Below, one piece after another: positions 9,624 through 19,736 of a DNA stretch of 64,000 bases. Both the position numbers and the translations under genes were made by a program. The notes beneath the pieces are model-generated. The model was not told the origin of the DNA and searched no databases. It saw only the letters and a program-made list of their open reading frames with translations. How positions within the stretch are numbered: position 1 is the first letter of the stretch; each line of letters begins with the position of its first letter. Origin of the DNA: a bacterium (GTDB taxonomy: Bacteria > RBG-13-61-14 > DATKZS01); assembly GCA_963674965.2 (NCBI GenBank), contig CAXXFL010000001.1, positions 608,001-672,000 of the forward strand, given 5' to 3'.

Positions 9624-10787
9624 ATGCGGCTGATTCTATTCTCGGGAAAAGGCGGGGTGGGCAAGACCACCATCAGCGCGGCCACGGCTCTTTACGCGGC
9701 ATCCCTCGGTCGTCGGTCCCTGGTGGTCAGCACCGACCTGGCCCACAACCTGGCCGACGTCCTGGAGGCCACCCCTGGACGAAAGTTATGGCGGATCGAG
9801 GAAAAGGCCTGGGCCATGGAAGTGGACGTCCTTTCCGAGCTGTCCAAGGTCTGGGCCGAGTTGAAAGACTACCTGACCGAGCTTCTTTCCTACTTCGGCT
9901 TTTCCACCCTCATGGCCGAGGAAGCCATGCTCCTGCCCGGCGTCTCCGAGTTCTTCTCGCTCTCCGCCGTTTTCGAGGCCGCCGAGACCGGCGACTACGA
10001 CCTGGTGGCCGTTGACTGCGGACCCACGGCCGACACCATGCGCATGCTGGGGTTCGCCGACTCGGCCCCCGAGAAAATCCACAAGTTCCTCCGCCTGCAA
10101 AGGACGGTGGTGTCCATGCTCAGGCCCTTCCAGCGCGGGGTTGAAGTACCCCTTCCCAGGGAGGCGGCCCTGGACCAGCTCGGTCCTCTGGCGGACAGGG
10201 CCGACCGTATCAGGAGGATGCTCGCGGACAAGGGCACGACCTCGGCCCGGCTGGTGATGAACCCGGACGCCCTGTCCATGGCCGAGACCGGGCGGCTTTA
10301 CACTTACCTCAGCCTCTTCGGGCTGGACGTCGATTACCTTGTAATCAACAAGCTCCTTCCCAAGGACTGCCGGGCCGGGAGCCTCGAGGCATTGAGGAGG
10401 ACGCAACTGGAGCGTCTTCACGATATCGGCTCATCCTTTCCCCTCGAGACCGCCACGGTCGAGTTTAGCGGAGAGGAGCCAAGAGGAGCCAAGGCGCTGA
10501 GGGAAATCGGGAAAATGGTCTATGGAGAGCGTGACCCCCTTGCTCATTTCGGCGGCCAATCCAACATGGAATACGGGCGAGACGAAAAAGGCGCCCGGGT
10601 GCTTCGAGTGCCTCTCCCCATCTCGGACAAGTCGGGACTAAAGGTCCGGCAGCAAGGCCCCCAGGTCATACTCGGAATAGGCTCCTATATCAGGATGCTG
10701 ACCCTGCCCGACGGCCTGGCCAACGCTCAGATAGAAAAGGCCTCGGTCGAGCCGGGCATGGTCACTCTAACCTTCGCGGCAAACTGA
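9624..10787 (+). CDS. ArsA/GET3-family ATPase with a C-terminal HSP20-like domain
   Basis: SGKGGVGKTT P-loop, STDLAHNL, DCGPT; C-terminal beta-sandwich-like segment. Confidence 0.9.
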   Translation: MRLILFSGKGGVGKTTISAATALYAASLGRRSLVVSTDLAHNLADVLEATPGRKLWRIEEKAWAMEVDVLSELSKVWAELKDYLTELLSYFGFSTLMAEEAMLLPGVSEFFSLSAVFEAAETGDYDLVAVDCGPTADTMRMLGFADSAPEKIHKFLRLQRTVVSMLRPFQRGVEVPLPREAALDQLGPLADRADRIRRMLADKGTTSARLVMNPDALSMAETGRLYTYLSLFGLDVDYLVINKLLPKDCRAGSLEALRRTQLERLHDIGSSFPLETATVEFSGEEPRGAKALREIGKMVYGERDPLAHFGGQSNMEYGRDEKGARVLRVPLPISDKSGLKVRQQGPQVILGIGSYIRMLTLPDGLANAQIEKASVEPGMVTLTFAAN

Positions 10788-10913
10788 AAAAATTTCACCC
10801 TCCAATTGTTCCGTAACCTTCCAGAAAAAGCGGGCATTTAAAAAATCGACCATTGGTCTTGACAATTGTTAAGTTAACCTTACATTTTACTCAAAGAAAT
10901 GGAGGTGAGTGAA

Positions 10914-11093
10914 ATGGAAAAAAAAGACCTGTTTAAACTGCTTACCGACTTCAACGAGGTAAGGATCGAGGAGGAAAATTTAAGGCCCCGGGTGGAGATG
11001 TTGGTGGATGAATGGGGCGCGTGGGTACAAAGTCACAAGGCGAGGGAAAGGGGAGAGGAATTTGTTCCCCATTTCGGTATAGGGTGGAACTAA
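10914..11093 (+). CDS. Small hypothetical protein (59 aa)
   Basis: GGAGGTG RBS at 10901, promoter-like TTGACA(10859)..TACATT(10881). Confidence 0.6.
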   Translation: MEKKDLFKLLTDFNEVRIEEENLRPRVEMLVDEWGAWVQSHKARERGEEFVPHFGIGWN

Positions 11094-11324
11094 TACCCTA
11101 TAATCGAATACGGGCTTGACTGGCTCCGGCACTATGCGGGGCCAGTTTTTATTTCTATGGCGTCCTTTCATATAAAATCTAATGATTGATGCAAGTTGCA
11201 AGTCACGTTTCATCCTCTGGCCCTATACTTTTTTGATGATCGGTTTTTTCTTAAAGAATGGCCTTGATCTGAAGAACGCTCAATGATATAAATGTAAATG
11301 ACGGTCATATTGGGAGGATTAATT

Positions 11325-11729
11325 ATGAACTCACCTGAAAGAATAATATCTCCGACCTTCTCCCATCCCGAGGCGGGAATGTCGAAAATCTGGATAGTAG
11401 TCATCGCTTTGTTAGTGGTTGGGGGCATTTTTGGCTCCGCGACCTACATTCCCATCTACGGAAAGAAGGGAAAAATCGAGGAAAGGCTGGAATCGAGCAT
11501 GTTCAAGCTTGACATGCTGGGCGAGGACTTGATGTTCGAGCAGTTACAGGCCTGGTTTGACCAGGAAAAAATTGCTATCGACGCCTATGAGGACTGCGTC
11601 TTCGAGGGGGAACTTGGCCAGCCGGGCGTTTTTTATTGCGATTACGTCGAGACCGTCAAATATCCCGGATACACGCATACAATGAAAATGAGGGCCTATA
11701 GAAAACTATCTAAAATACCCTATCAATAA
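11325..11729 (+). CDS. Hypothetical single-pass membrane/exported protein
   Basis: GGAGGA RBS; G-MSKIWIVVIALLVVGG hydrophobic N-terminal helix. Confidence 0.65.
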   Translation: MNSPERIISPTFSHPEAGMSKIWIVVIALLVVGGIFGSATYIPIYGKKGKIEERLESSMFKLDMLGEDLMFEQLQAWFDQEKIAIDAYEDCVFEGELGQPGVFYCDYVETVKYPGYTHTMKMRAYRKLSKIPYQ

Positions 11730-11746
11730 TATTGTCGATTTGACTT

Positions 11747-12025
11747 TCAATCTATTCCAATGGAGAACATCCTCTCCAGGTCGTATTTGGAGAAAGCCTC
11801 GAAGGCGAACAAGGTGGTGGTTCTCTCGATCCCGTCGAGTTCCACCATTTTTTTGGTGACTAACTCGGAGAGCTTCTCGTTTTCCGCGACCCTGATAATG
11901 GCCACCACGTCGTAAGGACCCGCCACGGAATAGGCTTCCGCCACGCCCGGCATCTCCACCAGCCATTGCACCGTTTCGGGTATCATTCCTCTTTTTACGT
12001 TAATAAGCACTATCGCAGTTACCAT
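11747..12025 (-). CDS. Stand-alone Lrp/AsnC ligand-binding (RAM) domain protein
   Basis: MVTAIVLI...GVAEAYSVAGPYDVVAIIRV...GIERTTT pattern; AAGGAG RBS. Confidence 0.88.
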   Translation of the reverse strand: MVTAIVLINVKRGMIPETVQWLVEMPGVAEAYSVAGPYDVVAIIRVAENEKLSELVTKKMVELDGIERTTTLFAFEAFSKYDLERMFSIGID

Positions 12026-12059
12026 CTCAAGCTTCTCCTTTCTCATGGGCGGGGAGAAA

Positions 12060-13526
12060 TCAGCCGATGAATCGAGATTGTCCTCTCCCGGTATAATAAT
12101 CGGCAACGCGCCTTAGCACGGAAAAAGCCCGGTCGGCCGAGTCGAAACAGGGAATTTTCCTTGAAGTATAGTGAAGACGCGCCTCCATCCGCCCTTTTTC
12201 ATTATAAACGTGCTCCGGGTCGGAGGTAATGTCCGGCATTATTACCATGGTGGGCTTGCCGGTTTTTTCCCTGACCTCCTCCGCTGCCTTGGCCAGGTCG
12301 TGGTGGAACTCTATTTTAAACGCGTCGCTTCCCATCCTTCTGGCCTCGTTAAAATGATAGAACAACATCTGATAAAGCGCCAGAAAGTCGATATCGGGCC
12401 GTTTGGCCAATATTTCCATCATGGGCGCGATCACGCTCGGACTCATCATGGGATTGGCAAGGTCCACCGGGTTTGCTCCCCTTCCTCCCGCGGGCGGAAG
12501 CAACGCCTGAAGGCGGCCGGAAGTTTCGGGGTCCAGTTCTGGAACCAAAAAACCGTGATAAGAGGCCCAGTCCAGGCTTTCCACCACCCGTATCCCGCCT
12601 CCGGCCAGGATGCCCGCGCTACGTCCGCTGAACCCTTCGAGGCAGTTGAAGGCCATCAGGCATTCGGTCAAGTCCTTAATGTCCTTCGCCATAACGGCCC
12701 CGGCGCTTTTAATGGCCGCTTCCCAGGCTTGTCTCGATCCGGCCATCGATCCCGTGTGTCCGGCCGCTCCTCGCGGTCCCTGTTCGGACAAGCCGCCTTT
12801 TAAAATGACGACGGGCTTTTTGGCCGCCAGTCCCTTTAAGGCGTTAAAAAAATCCCGGCCGTCATCTATGCCCTCTATGTAGGCCCCCACTATACGGGTA
12901 CGGTGATCGTCCTCGAAATATCGGAGCATCTCCGTCACGCTTATGTCGCAGGCGTTTCCAAGGCTGACGGCGATGGAGAAACGAACGGACCTGCCTCGCG
13001 ACATGTAAATCGCGTCGCACGCCCCGCCGCCGCTTTGCGAAATAAGGCCGACGGGACCCGGTTCCCTCGAGAAATCAACGCCGGGAAGAAGCGTGAGACC
13101 GGCCGCGGGGCTGTAAACGCCGAAACCGTTAGGACCGATCAGCCTGAGGCCCCCGGCCCGGGCGGTCAGAACTAGTTCCCTTTCAAGCGCCTTTCCAGCC
13201 TCTCCTTCCTCGCGGAAGCCGGCCGCGAGTATCTCAGCGCCGGCCACGCCCTTGTCAACGCAAGACCGGACGGCGTCCAAAACCTTCGGGGCTGGAACGG
13301 CGATTACCGCGAAATCCACGGGGCCGGGAACGTCTTGCAGTTTGGCGTAAGTCTTATGCCCGAGTATGCTTTGCCCCCTGGGATTGACGGGATAAAGGTC
13401 CCCCTTGAAGCCGAAATCAGTAAGGGCCCTCATTACCAGCCCGCCGAATTTGAGTGGATTTTCCGAGGCTCCTATCACGGCCAGCTTGCCCGGATAAAAT
13501 ATTGCTTCGTAATTATCGGCCGTCAT
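12060..13526 (-). CDS. CoA-binding acyl-CoA ligase (ADP-forming) alpha-subunit-like protein
   Basis: AVIGAS, YPVNP, GPNGFG, ISQSGG, GHTGSMAG phospho-His motif, NPVDL. Confidence 0.88.
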   Translation of the reverse strand: MTADNYEAIFYPGKLAVIGASENPLKFGGLVMRALTDFGFKGDLYPVNPRGQSILGHKTYAKLQDVPGPVDFAVIAVPAPKVLDAVRSCVDKGVAGAEILAAGFREEGEAGKALERELVLTARAGGLRLIGPNGFGVYSPAAGLTLLPGVDFSREPGPVGLISQSGGGACDAIYMSRGRSVRFSIAVSLGNACDISVTEMLRYFEDDHRTRIVGAYIEGIDDGRDFFNALKGLAAKKPVVILKGGLSEQGPRGAAGHTGSMAGSRQAWEAAIKSAGAVMAKDIKDLTECLMAFNCLEGFSGRSAGILAGGGIRVVESLDWASYHGFLVPELDPETSGRLQALLPPAGGRGANPVDLANPMMSPSVIAPMMEILAKRPDIDFLALYQMLFYHFNEARRMGSDAFKIEFHHDLAKAAEEVREKTGKPTMVIMPDITSDPEHVYNEKGRMEARLHYTSRKIPCFDSADRAFSVLRRVADYYTGRGQSRFIG

Positions 13527-13628
13527 GACAATGAATACCTCTTTTTTAATTCTTCCATGAAGGCGATGGAACCGGAGCGCTTAGTACTTATATGACAAGG
13601 GGAGACGCCAAGTCTGAGAGGCAAGCCG

Positions 13629-14855
13629 TCACTCGTTGATTTCGTAATCGATTCTCCGATAGAACTTGAACAGTTCCACCAGGTAATTTCTGAAGTCCCT
13701 GTCGAGAAGATTTCTTCTGTACAATGCAATGGAGTTGACTCCCTGCTTTAATTCATCGTTCTTGTGTATTTTCCTGAAACGGTAGTCCTCGAGGGTCAGT
13801 TTTTTCAAAGCGTAAGCAAGGACCATATTTAGCCTGGAGACGAGAGGCCTGCGGGCGAAAAGAAAAGTCTCCGGCTTACTAGTGAAAACGTAGGGCTTTT
13901 TTAGCATCCTGACAAGACTCCCGGAGACGCCGTCGATTTTTTTCTCCAGATCCGGATAAGAGCGGCAAAAAAACCGGTACCCCGTCTCCAGGGGTTTAAA
14001 GCCGGTAATCTCGGAGGATGCCCTGGTAATGATGGCCACGTGCTCGAGCATTTTCTCTCGAACAAGGACTTGGCCCATGCCCTCCCAGTCCAGTTCGCGG
14101 GCGGCGCATAGATGAGCCAAGTCGGACATGGTCATGAATATGAAACTCGAGTCAAAGGGATGGTCGGCCGTCGAGTGAACCGCCGATTGTATAAACCGGT
14201 CCTCCGGGGAAGGTATAAGAGCGCGCTTGTTCTTGTATGACGTAAAAAACGCCTGGTCCCACATCCGGTCCTCGGCGACCTGGCTCGAGACGCCGTTAAG
14301 GGGCTTCAAATTCCAATGGACCTCGATTACGTTGCCCCAATCGTCGACCCATTTGGTGTCCTCCCAGGGACGGTCCTGCAGGGGCGGGAGCTCGCGCCAG
14401 TTTTCCGCTCTTTGAAACGCTTCGCGGACAAGCTCTTTGTCTTCCACGTGCATGAGAACGTCCACGTCCGCGCACATCCTGTGGCCGGGATCGGGATAAT
14501 CCCCGCTCATAATAAGGGCCATGCCCTTGAGAAAGAGCATCCTGACGCCTCGAGCCTCCAGGTCCTCACTGATGGCGAGCATGCGCCGAAGCCTTAAAAA
14601 GTTGAGCGAGGCGATCCTCTGATATAGTTTTTTATACTTCTCCAGTGAGGCTTTGGGAATGAGATGGATAAGGTCGAAATCTCGAAGGCGCGTATAAACA
14701 AGAGGAGTTATATATCTGTCCCCGCCGAGCTTGAAGGTTAAATCCCAGTCCGTGACGGCCTTGGCCGCCTCCAGGACCAGTTCCCTCCTTTCCTCGATGG
14801 TGGGAACCAGGCAAAGGCGTATAAGCTCCAAGGATTTTTCGGTGGATCTTTCCAT
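13629..14855 (-). CDS. Nucleotidyltransferase family protein (NTP_transf_5-like)
   Basis: LKGMAL...YPDPGHR..ADVDVL...IEVHW...PSPED....H motifs. Confidence 0.8.
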   Translation of the reverse strand: MERSTEKSLELIRLCLVPTIEERRELVLEAAKAVTDWDLTFKLGGDRYITPLVYTRLRDFDLIHLIPKASLEKYKKLYQRIASLNFLRLRRMLAISEDLEARGVRMLFLKGMALIMSGDYPDPGHRMCADVDVLMHVEDKELVREAFQRAENWRELPPLQDRPWEDTKWVDDWGNVIEVHWNLKPLNGVSSQVAEDRMWDQAFFTSYKNKRALIPSPEDRFIQSAVHSTADHPFDSSFIFMTMSDLAHLCAARELDWEGMGQVLVREKMLEHVAIITRASSEITGFKPLETGYRFFCRSYPDLEKKIDGVSGSLVRMLKKPYVFTSKPETFLFARRPLVSRLNMVLAYALKKLTLEDYRFRKIHKNDELKQGVNSIALYRRNLLDRDFRNYLVELFKFYRRIDYEINE

Positions 14856-14943
14856 TAGAGGATATTTTCTTCAGTCCTTTCTACAAGACGTCCGCCAATG
14901 GCGACTGAGTCGGGGCGCGCCCTCGCGCCGCCCTCTTTTCGCT

Positions 14944-16167
14944 TCAACCAAGGGTCTCGAGATACGCGTCGATCCTGGTTTTAATTTGCTCCGATTGGTA
15001 AAGCCTGGGGTCTCCATGATCCGTATCCAGGAGGAGCCCGGGTTTTCCCGTCATTCTGGTCACCTCGTTTAGCGTGTCCACCAGCCCCAGGGAAAGGAAA
15101 CGGCACGAGTGGTCCGAATGAAGAATGAAACCGTCGAGGTCGTAGCGCTTGATGGTCTCGGCTATGTCCCAGGCCCGGTCTCGTATCATGGGATCGTAAT
15201 TTTTCAGGTAGTTAACGGCATAGCTCTCGTAGACATTGTCGGGGTCCGCCGCGAGTTGCGCCCACGCTCTCGTGTAATTGTTGGCCACCAGGTTGGCCCC
15301 TCTTTCAAGAAGGATCATGTAAAAGTCCGCGATCGACTGCCACAGGGGAAGGCCGTCCCAGTAAAGGCGATACTTTTCATCGGGTATGCCCCCAATTTTA
15401 TTGTCAACCCGTTCCTTGAGCTCGCCCAGAAGCTTGGTATAGAAATCCACCGTGACCTGGGTGCCTCGCTGATCGACGATGGGAGCCATGGCCATGTACT
15501 GGTCGAAGAGGGTCAGCGGGCTCGGCTTGGCGATCCCGTGCTCGAGCACGAACCACCAGAGCTTGCAGGCCTCGCGGGACAGTTCCATGGTGCTTTTCAA
15601 CTTGGCCGGGTCCATCTTCCTGCCCGTTATCTCCTCCATCCAGCGGACGCACTCCTTGAGCTGGTCCACTATGTACTCGACCACGTAAGGGTCCGGATCG
15701 TGCATGAAACCCCGGCCCTGGCTGGGGATGTCGAGATTGAAAAAGGGAACGTTATAACGCCGGGCAAGCTCCTCGAACCACTTGCCGATGGTCCAGCATT
15801 GCACCGAGCAGAAGATGATCATGTCAGGGTCCGGAATACCGCCAATGGGCGAACTTTCCTTGCCGAGTTCCCGGTAGCCGAGGTCGCAGCGCGTATAGGA
15901 ACAGATGTCGGGCGTGTAACCCTTGGCCTCCGCCGCCTCAGCCGTCTCCAGGGCCTTGTGCTTGGCCTGTAATACGACCGCGTGATTCTCCGGATACGCG
16001 GGCAAAATGTCCATGGCGTAGCAAAGCTCCGTCGGGGCAAGAGCGTTCATGTAACATACCGGCGTGCCCTTCTCCCGAGCCTGGTGAAGACCGACGTGAT
16101 AAAAGAAATTTACCTGCTTTAAGTCCTTTAACGCCTCGATACGCTGGACCTTTAATTCTTCTCCCAT
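14944..16167 (-). CDS. 2-hydroxyacyl-CoA dehydratase / benzoyl-CoA reductase family subunit
   Basis: YPENH, DICSY, PDPD..CS.QC, HSDHSC, D.DHGDPR...Q..TRIDAYLE; AAGGAG RBS. Confidence 0.88.
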   Translation of the reverse strand: MGEELKVQRIEALKDLKQVNFFYHVGLHQAREKGTPVCYMNALAPTELCYAMDILPAYPENHAVVLQAKHKALETAEAAEAKGYTPDICSYTRCDLGYRELGKESSPIGGIPDPDMIIFCSVQCWTIGKWFEELARRYNVPFFNLDIPSQGRGFMHDPDPYVVEYIVDQLKECVRWMEEITGRKMDPAKLKSTMELSREACKLWWFVLEHGIAKPSPLTLFDQYMAMAPIVDQRGTQVTVDFYTKLLGELKERVDNKIGGIPDEKYRLYWDGLPLWQSIADFYMILLERGANLVANNYTRAWAQLAADPDNVYESYAVNYLKNYDPMIRDRAWDIAETIKRYDLDGFILHSDHSCRFLSLGLVDTLNEVTRMTGKPGLLLDTDHGDPRLYQSEQIKTRIDAYLETLG

Positions 16168-16302
16168 AAAGTACTCCTTAAACGATTGATACAGCGTATT
16201 AAAAATATCACGGACGGTCAATTTTAACAAGGATTCATATCATGGACCCGCCTGAGGCCCGGACGTTTGCTTTCCTTATGGGTCTCCTGCAAAATTACAA
16301 CG

Positions 16303-17879
16303 ATGAAATCGGCGCCGCAAAAAGCCGAGCGGAAGGAGCGGAGGGAAGCCATATTTCGCCTGGCCCTGATACCGGCTTTGGCCTTTTGCTTCATCTTTTC
16401 CTCCAACCTGTTCCTCAACTTCCAACTGGACGGAGCTTATCCGGCTCGGGAGTATTTTCCCCTGGACGCGTCTTACTCGAGCCTGGTTTACGCCTCGTCC
16501 TTTTCCAGGAACGCCCGCTTCGAGTTCAGCCCCGTCGGGTCCGGCGCCGGGCCCGTCTCACCGCTGTGGTCCATCCTCGAAAGCCCTTTCATGCTCCTCT
16601 CGAAAAAAACCGGGACGCCGGCCGAGGTCCCGGTCTTTTTCCTGGCCCCCGCGCTGGCCGCCGCCCTGGCCATATGCGTTTATTCATGGGGAAGGGAATC
16701 CTTTGGCGGGGTCGCGATGGGAGGCCTGGCCGCGGCCGCCGTGACCCTCGATCCCGGACTTTGCTATTCCCGCTTTTCCGGGACCGAAATAGTCCTTTGC
16801 TGCTGCCTGCTCGTCTCGGCCTGCCACGCCTGGCAGGAGAAAAAAATCATCGCCGCCTCGGCGCTGTCGGCGCTGGCCTCGCTTACGCGCCCCGAGAGCG
16901 CCGCCCTCCTCCTTCTTTTCGTCGCCTTCGAGAGTCGATCCATGCAAGGTTTAAAGAGGCGACTTACGCTTGTCGCGCCCACCCTGGCCGTCTTCGCGGC
17001 ATGGGCCCTCTTCTCTCACCGAGCCGCGGGACACTTTCTGCCTCCCTGGTTTCGAGCCGACCTGGACCCGTCCTTTTCCTTTAAAAAGATTTACTGGGTG
17101 ACGCTGAAAACCGGATTCAACGAGCCTTACCTGTGGTGGGGACTGGGATTGATTTTCTACGTTATCGGCGCCGCGGCCATGGTTTCCCGCTTTAAAACCC
17201 GCGCCGCTCCGGCCATTGTTTTTCCCTGGCCTACATGGTCCTTATCGCCTGCCTGTGGAAGATGGACGACTTAAGCTCATACGCGGACCACATGGTCTTT
17301 CAGCCCTGCGCGCCTTTCCTGGCCGCTCCCTGGGCCGCCGGCGTGGCCATGTCCCTTTCGACCTTCACGGAAAGGACGAATAACGAAAGACGAAAAAAAG
17401 AACTCGCCGCCGCCCTTGTCCTTATAACCCTCGTCCTCGTGGTGGTGGTCCTTTATCCCTGGAGGATGGAAACCGTCCGCCTGCGCGCCCTCCTGGCCCA
17501 GGACTGCCTCCGCGTGGGAGCCACAAGGGTGGCCATGGGAAAGTGGATCGAGGCCAACGTCGGCAAGGACGATGCCGTCGCCGCCGACGAGGCGGGCGCG
17601 ATAAGATATTTCGGTAAGCGAAAAACTCTCGACCTGAGCGGCAAAAACGACGCGGAGTCCCTCGCCGACAAGGCCGGAGCCATTTTGAAAGCCAAGCCCG
17701 CCTTGATCGTCACCGCCAGGAAAAACCCGAGCCGCGTCTCCCTCGAGCAAGACCTTTGGTCTCCGCTCAAGCTGGGACCGGGCAAGGTTGTTTATTTGAA
17801 GCCCGTCTTTGCCATCGACTTGGATGGCGACTTCATAACCGCGTATAAAACGAGCTACGAGCCTCCCCGGGATTTCTAG
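16303..17879 (+). pseudogene. Membrane glycosyltransferase-like (GT-C type) gene split by a single-base frameshift near 17225
   Basis: ORFs 16267-17274 and 17235-17879 join if one C is added in TTTCCCTGG (VFPLAYMVLIA); motifs SPLW, SGTE, LTRPE, DEAGAIRYF..DLSG. Confidence 0.65.
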
Positions 17880-17896
17880 CCAATAAGTCGGGCCGG

Positions 17897-18595
17897 TTAT
17901 GCGTCGGTACGGCTTGTAAGCACGAGTTCTTTGAGCAGGGGCGTAAAAACGTATAATAGAGTTTCTTTTACCCACGTCCTGTATTCCCCGCCATTTGGGT
18001 CCATGCCCAATATCTCGGCCTGGCTGGGAGCTGCCCCGAGGTAATTTATGACTAAGGTGTTAAAAGTGTTTATAAATCTTCCAATTTTTTTAGAATCTTC
18101 CTTGAGGGGAATGACGCTCTCGAAGGTGGCCCTGGTTTTTTCGAGGGCCTCGAGAATATGCTGGTAGCCGGGGATTTCTTCCAGCCTCTCGATGAGAGGA
18201 CCGTTTAGCGCCATGATGCGAAGCGGCTCGGGATTGGCAAAATGAAAATCCAAAAGCAGGTCAAGATATAAGGCGAAATCATCCGAGGTTGGTGACCGGT
18301 CCAGCGCCTCGAGCCACCTCTTGTTCCCTTCATAGTACTCGTTGCAGGCCTTGGCCACCACCGCCTCGAAAAGGTCGGCCTTGGTGGGGAAGTAATAGGA
18401 GATGAGCTGATGGTCGAACCCCCCCGCCTTTCCCACCATCCTGACGGTGGCCATGTGGTAAGGCTGCTCGGCAAAGACCTTTCCCGCGGCCAAAAGGATT
18501 CTCTGCCTCGAGTTCTCGGCGGGCTCTCCGTTTGGCGTTTCCCGATTATTAATGTCCGTGGGCTGGACATTTTTTTTCCGGGTCATGACGTCCAT
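17897..18595 (-). CDS. TetR/AcrR family transcriptional regulator
   Basis: RQRILLAAGKVFAE..TVRMVG..G....ISYYFPTKADLF HTH. Confidence 0.9.
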   Translation of the reverse strand: MDVMTRKKNVQPTDINNRETPNGEPAENSRQRILLAAGKVFAEQPYHMATVRMVGKAGGFDHQLISYYFPTKADLFEAVVAKACNEYYEGNKRWLEALDRSPTSDDFALYLDLLLDFHFANPEPLRIMALNGPLIERLEEIPGYQHILEALEKTRATFESVIPLKEDSKKIGRFINTFNTLVINYLGAAPSQAEILGMDPNGGEYRTWVKETLLYVFTPLLKELVLTSRTDA

Positions 18596-18608
18596 GTTAC
18601 CGCCGCCG

Positions 18609-18680
18609 TTTGCCGTCTGTCAAATAAGGCCTTGACAAGGCGCGGCCTGGTATGCTAACTTTCTTTTGACAATCGGCAAA
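18609..18680. promoter_or_regulatory. Pair of quasi-palindromic operators TTTGMC-N4-GKCAAA (likely TetR sites)
   Basis: tttgccgtctgtcaaa (18609-18624) and tttgacaatcggcaaa (18665-18680) match 14/16 in inverted orientation, between divergent genes. Confidence 0.6.
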
Positions 18681-18703
18681 ATGTGCCGAACAGTAGGAAA
18701 TAC

Positions 18704-19152
18704 ATGAATACCATCGAGCAAAAAATAACGGACTTCATAAAACGCAAGGCGTTTATATCGTGGAGTTCGCGGACCGCGTAGGGGTAAAGAGTCCGGGCCT
18801 GCTGAAAAACGAGCGCATACTTACCTGCGGCCAGCGCGCTCTCGTGTGCGGCCCGACCCTGGAGGAGTGCCGCAAAAGATACGATCTTCTCCTGAACGGC
18901 GGCTTCGTCGTGCCCGGTCCCAACGACGAGATTGCCGTGGTCGCCACCTACGAGAAGGCCCTCGAGATGAGAAAAAAATATTCGCCCCGGGTCCCGGCCT
19001 CTCATAAGCTGAAGGACTTTGCGGCCTCCACCATAATGTGGCATCAATATTACGGAGGCCTAGAGCCTGGGTCCATAATCGGCGGCTTTATTTACAATGG
19101 GAAATTGAAGAAAGCGTCGCGGGAAAAGATCAATGGAAGAGGGGGACCGTAA
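18704..19152 (+). pseudogene. Probable degenerate Fe-S protein gene (epoxyqueuosine-reductase-like family); frameshifted and probably internally deleted
   Basis: ATG 18704 reads MNTIEQKITDFIK and joins the 18760 frame after one added base; contains a decayed CGQRALVCGP ferredoxin-like motif. Confidence 0.4.
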
Positions 19153-19206
19153 AAAGCGCGGGCGAAAATGCCGGACCTGGATGGCGCTCGGGCAAAGGAA
19201 AAAACA

Positions 19207-19716
19207 ATGAAGGAAAAACAGGACTCCACACCCGAAAAAGCCTCGTCCCTGGCCGGCGAGTACGAGAAAAAATGCACCGGCTGCGCCCAGTCGGTGGTGG
19301 CCGCCCTGCTTGACGCTTTCGGCCTTGACAACGACGACGTGTTCAAGGCGGCGAGCGGCCTGGCCGACGGAATCGGACTGACGGGAGACGGGTCCTGCGG
19401 GGCCCTTACCGGAGGGTCCATGTTCATTGGCCTGATGACGGGACGGGAGAGGAAGGACCACAATGATATAATGAAACCAATGAAGTCCTACCTCGCGTGC
19501 GCCGCCCTACATAAGGACTTCATCGAGAGGTATGGAAGCTGCCGCTGTCACGATATCCAGGAAAAGCTCATGGGCCGGACCTTTAACCTCCTCGAGCCCG
19601 GCGACCTCAAGGCCGCGGCCAATATGGGCATGATGGAGCACTGCGCCGGGGTCACGGGGGCCGCCGCCAAAAAAGCCGCCACGCTTGTTCTCGAGATGGC
19701 GGATGGTGCAAAATAA
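19207..19716 (+). CDS. C_GCAxxG_C_C family putative redox protein
   Basis: GCAQSVV, GSCGALTGG, YGSCRC and late Cys (HCAG) motifs. Confidence 0.88.
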   Translation: MKEKQDSTPEKASSLAGEYEKKCTGCAQSVVAALLDAFGLDNDDVFKAASGLADGIGLTGDGSCGALTGGSMFIGLMTGRERKDHNDIMKPMKSYLACAALHKDFIERYGSCRCHDIQEKLMGRTFNLLEPGDLKAAANMGMMEHCAGVTGAAAKKAATLVLEMADGAK

Positions 19717-19736
19717 CGGAGTAAAAGGAGAATGTC

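Noticed and set aside
9624-10787. Arsenic resistance operon
   Set aside because: Single ATPase domain with an HSP20-like tail and no arsB, acr3, arsC, arsD or arsR.
13629-14855. Lasso peptide or other RiPP cluster around the nucleotidyltransferase
   Set aside because: No PqqD/RRE, asparagine-synthetase-like cyclase, B2 protease or precursor is visible nearby.
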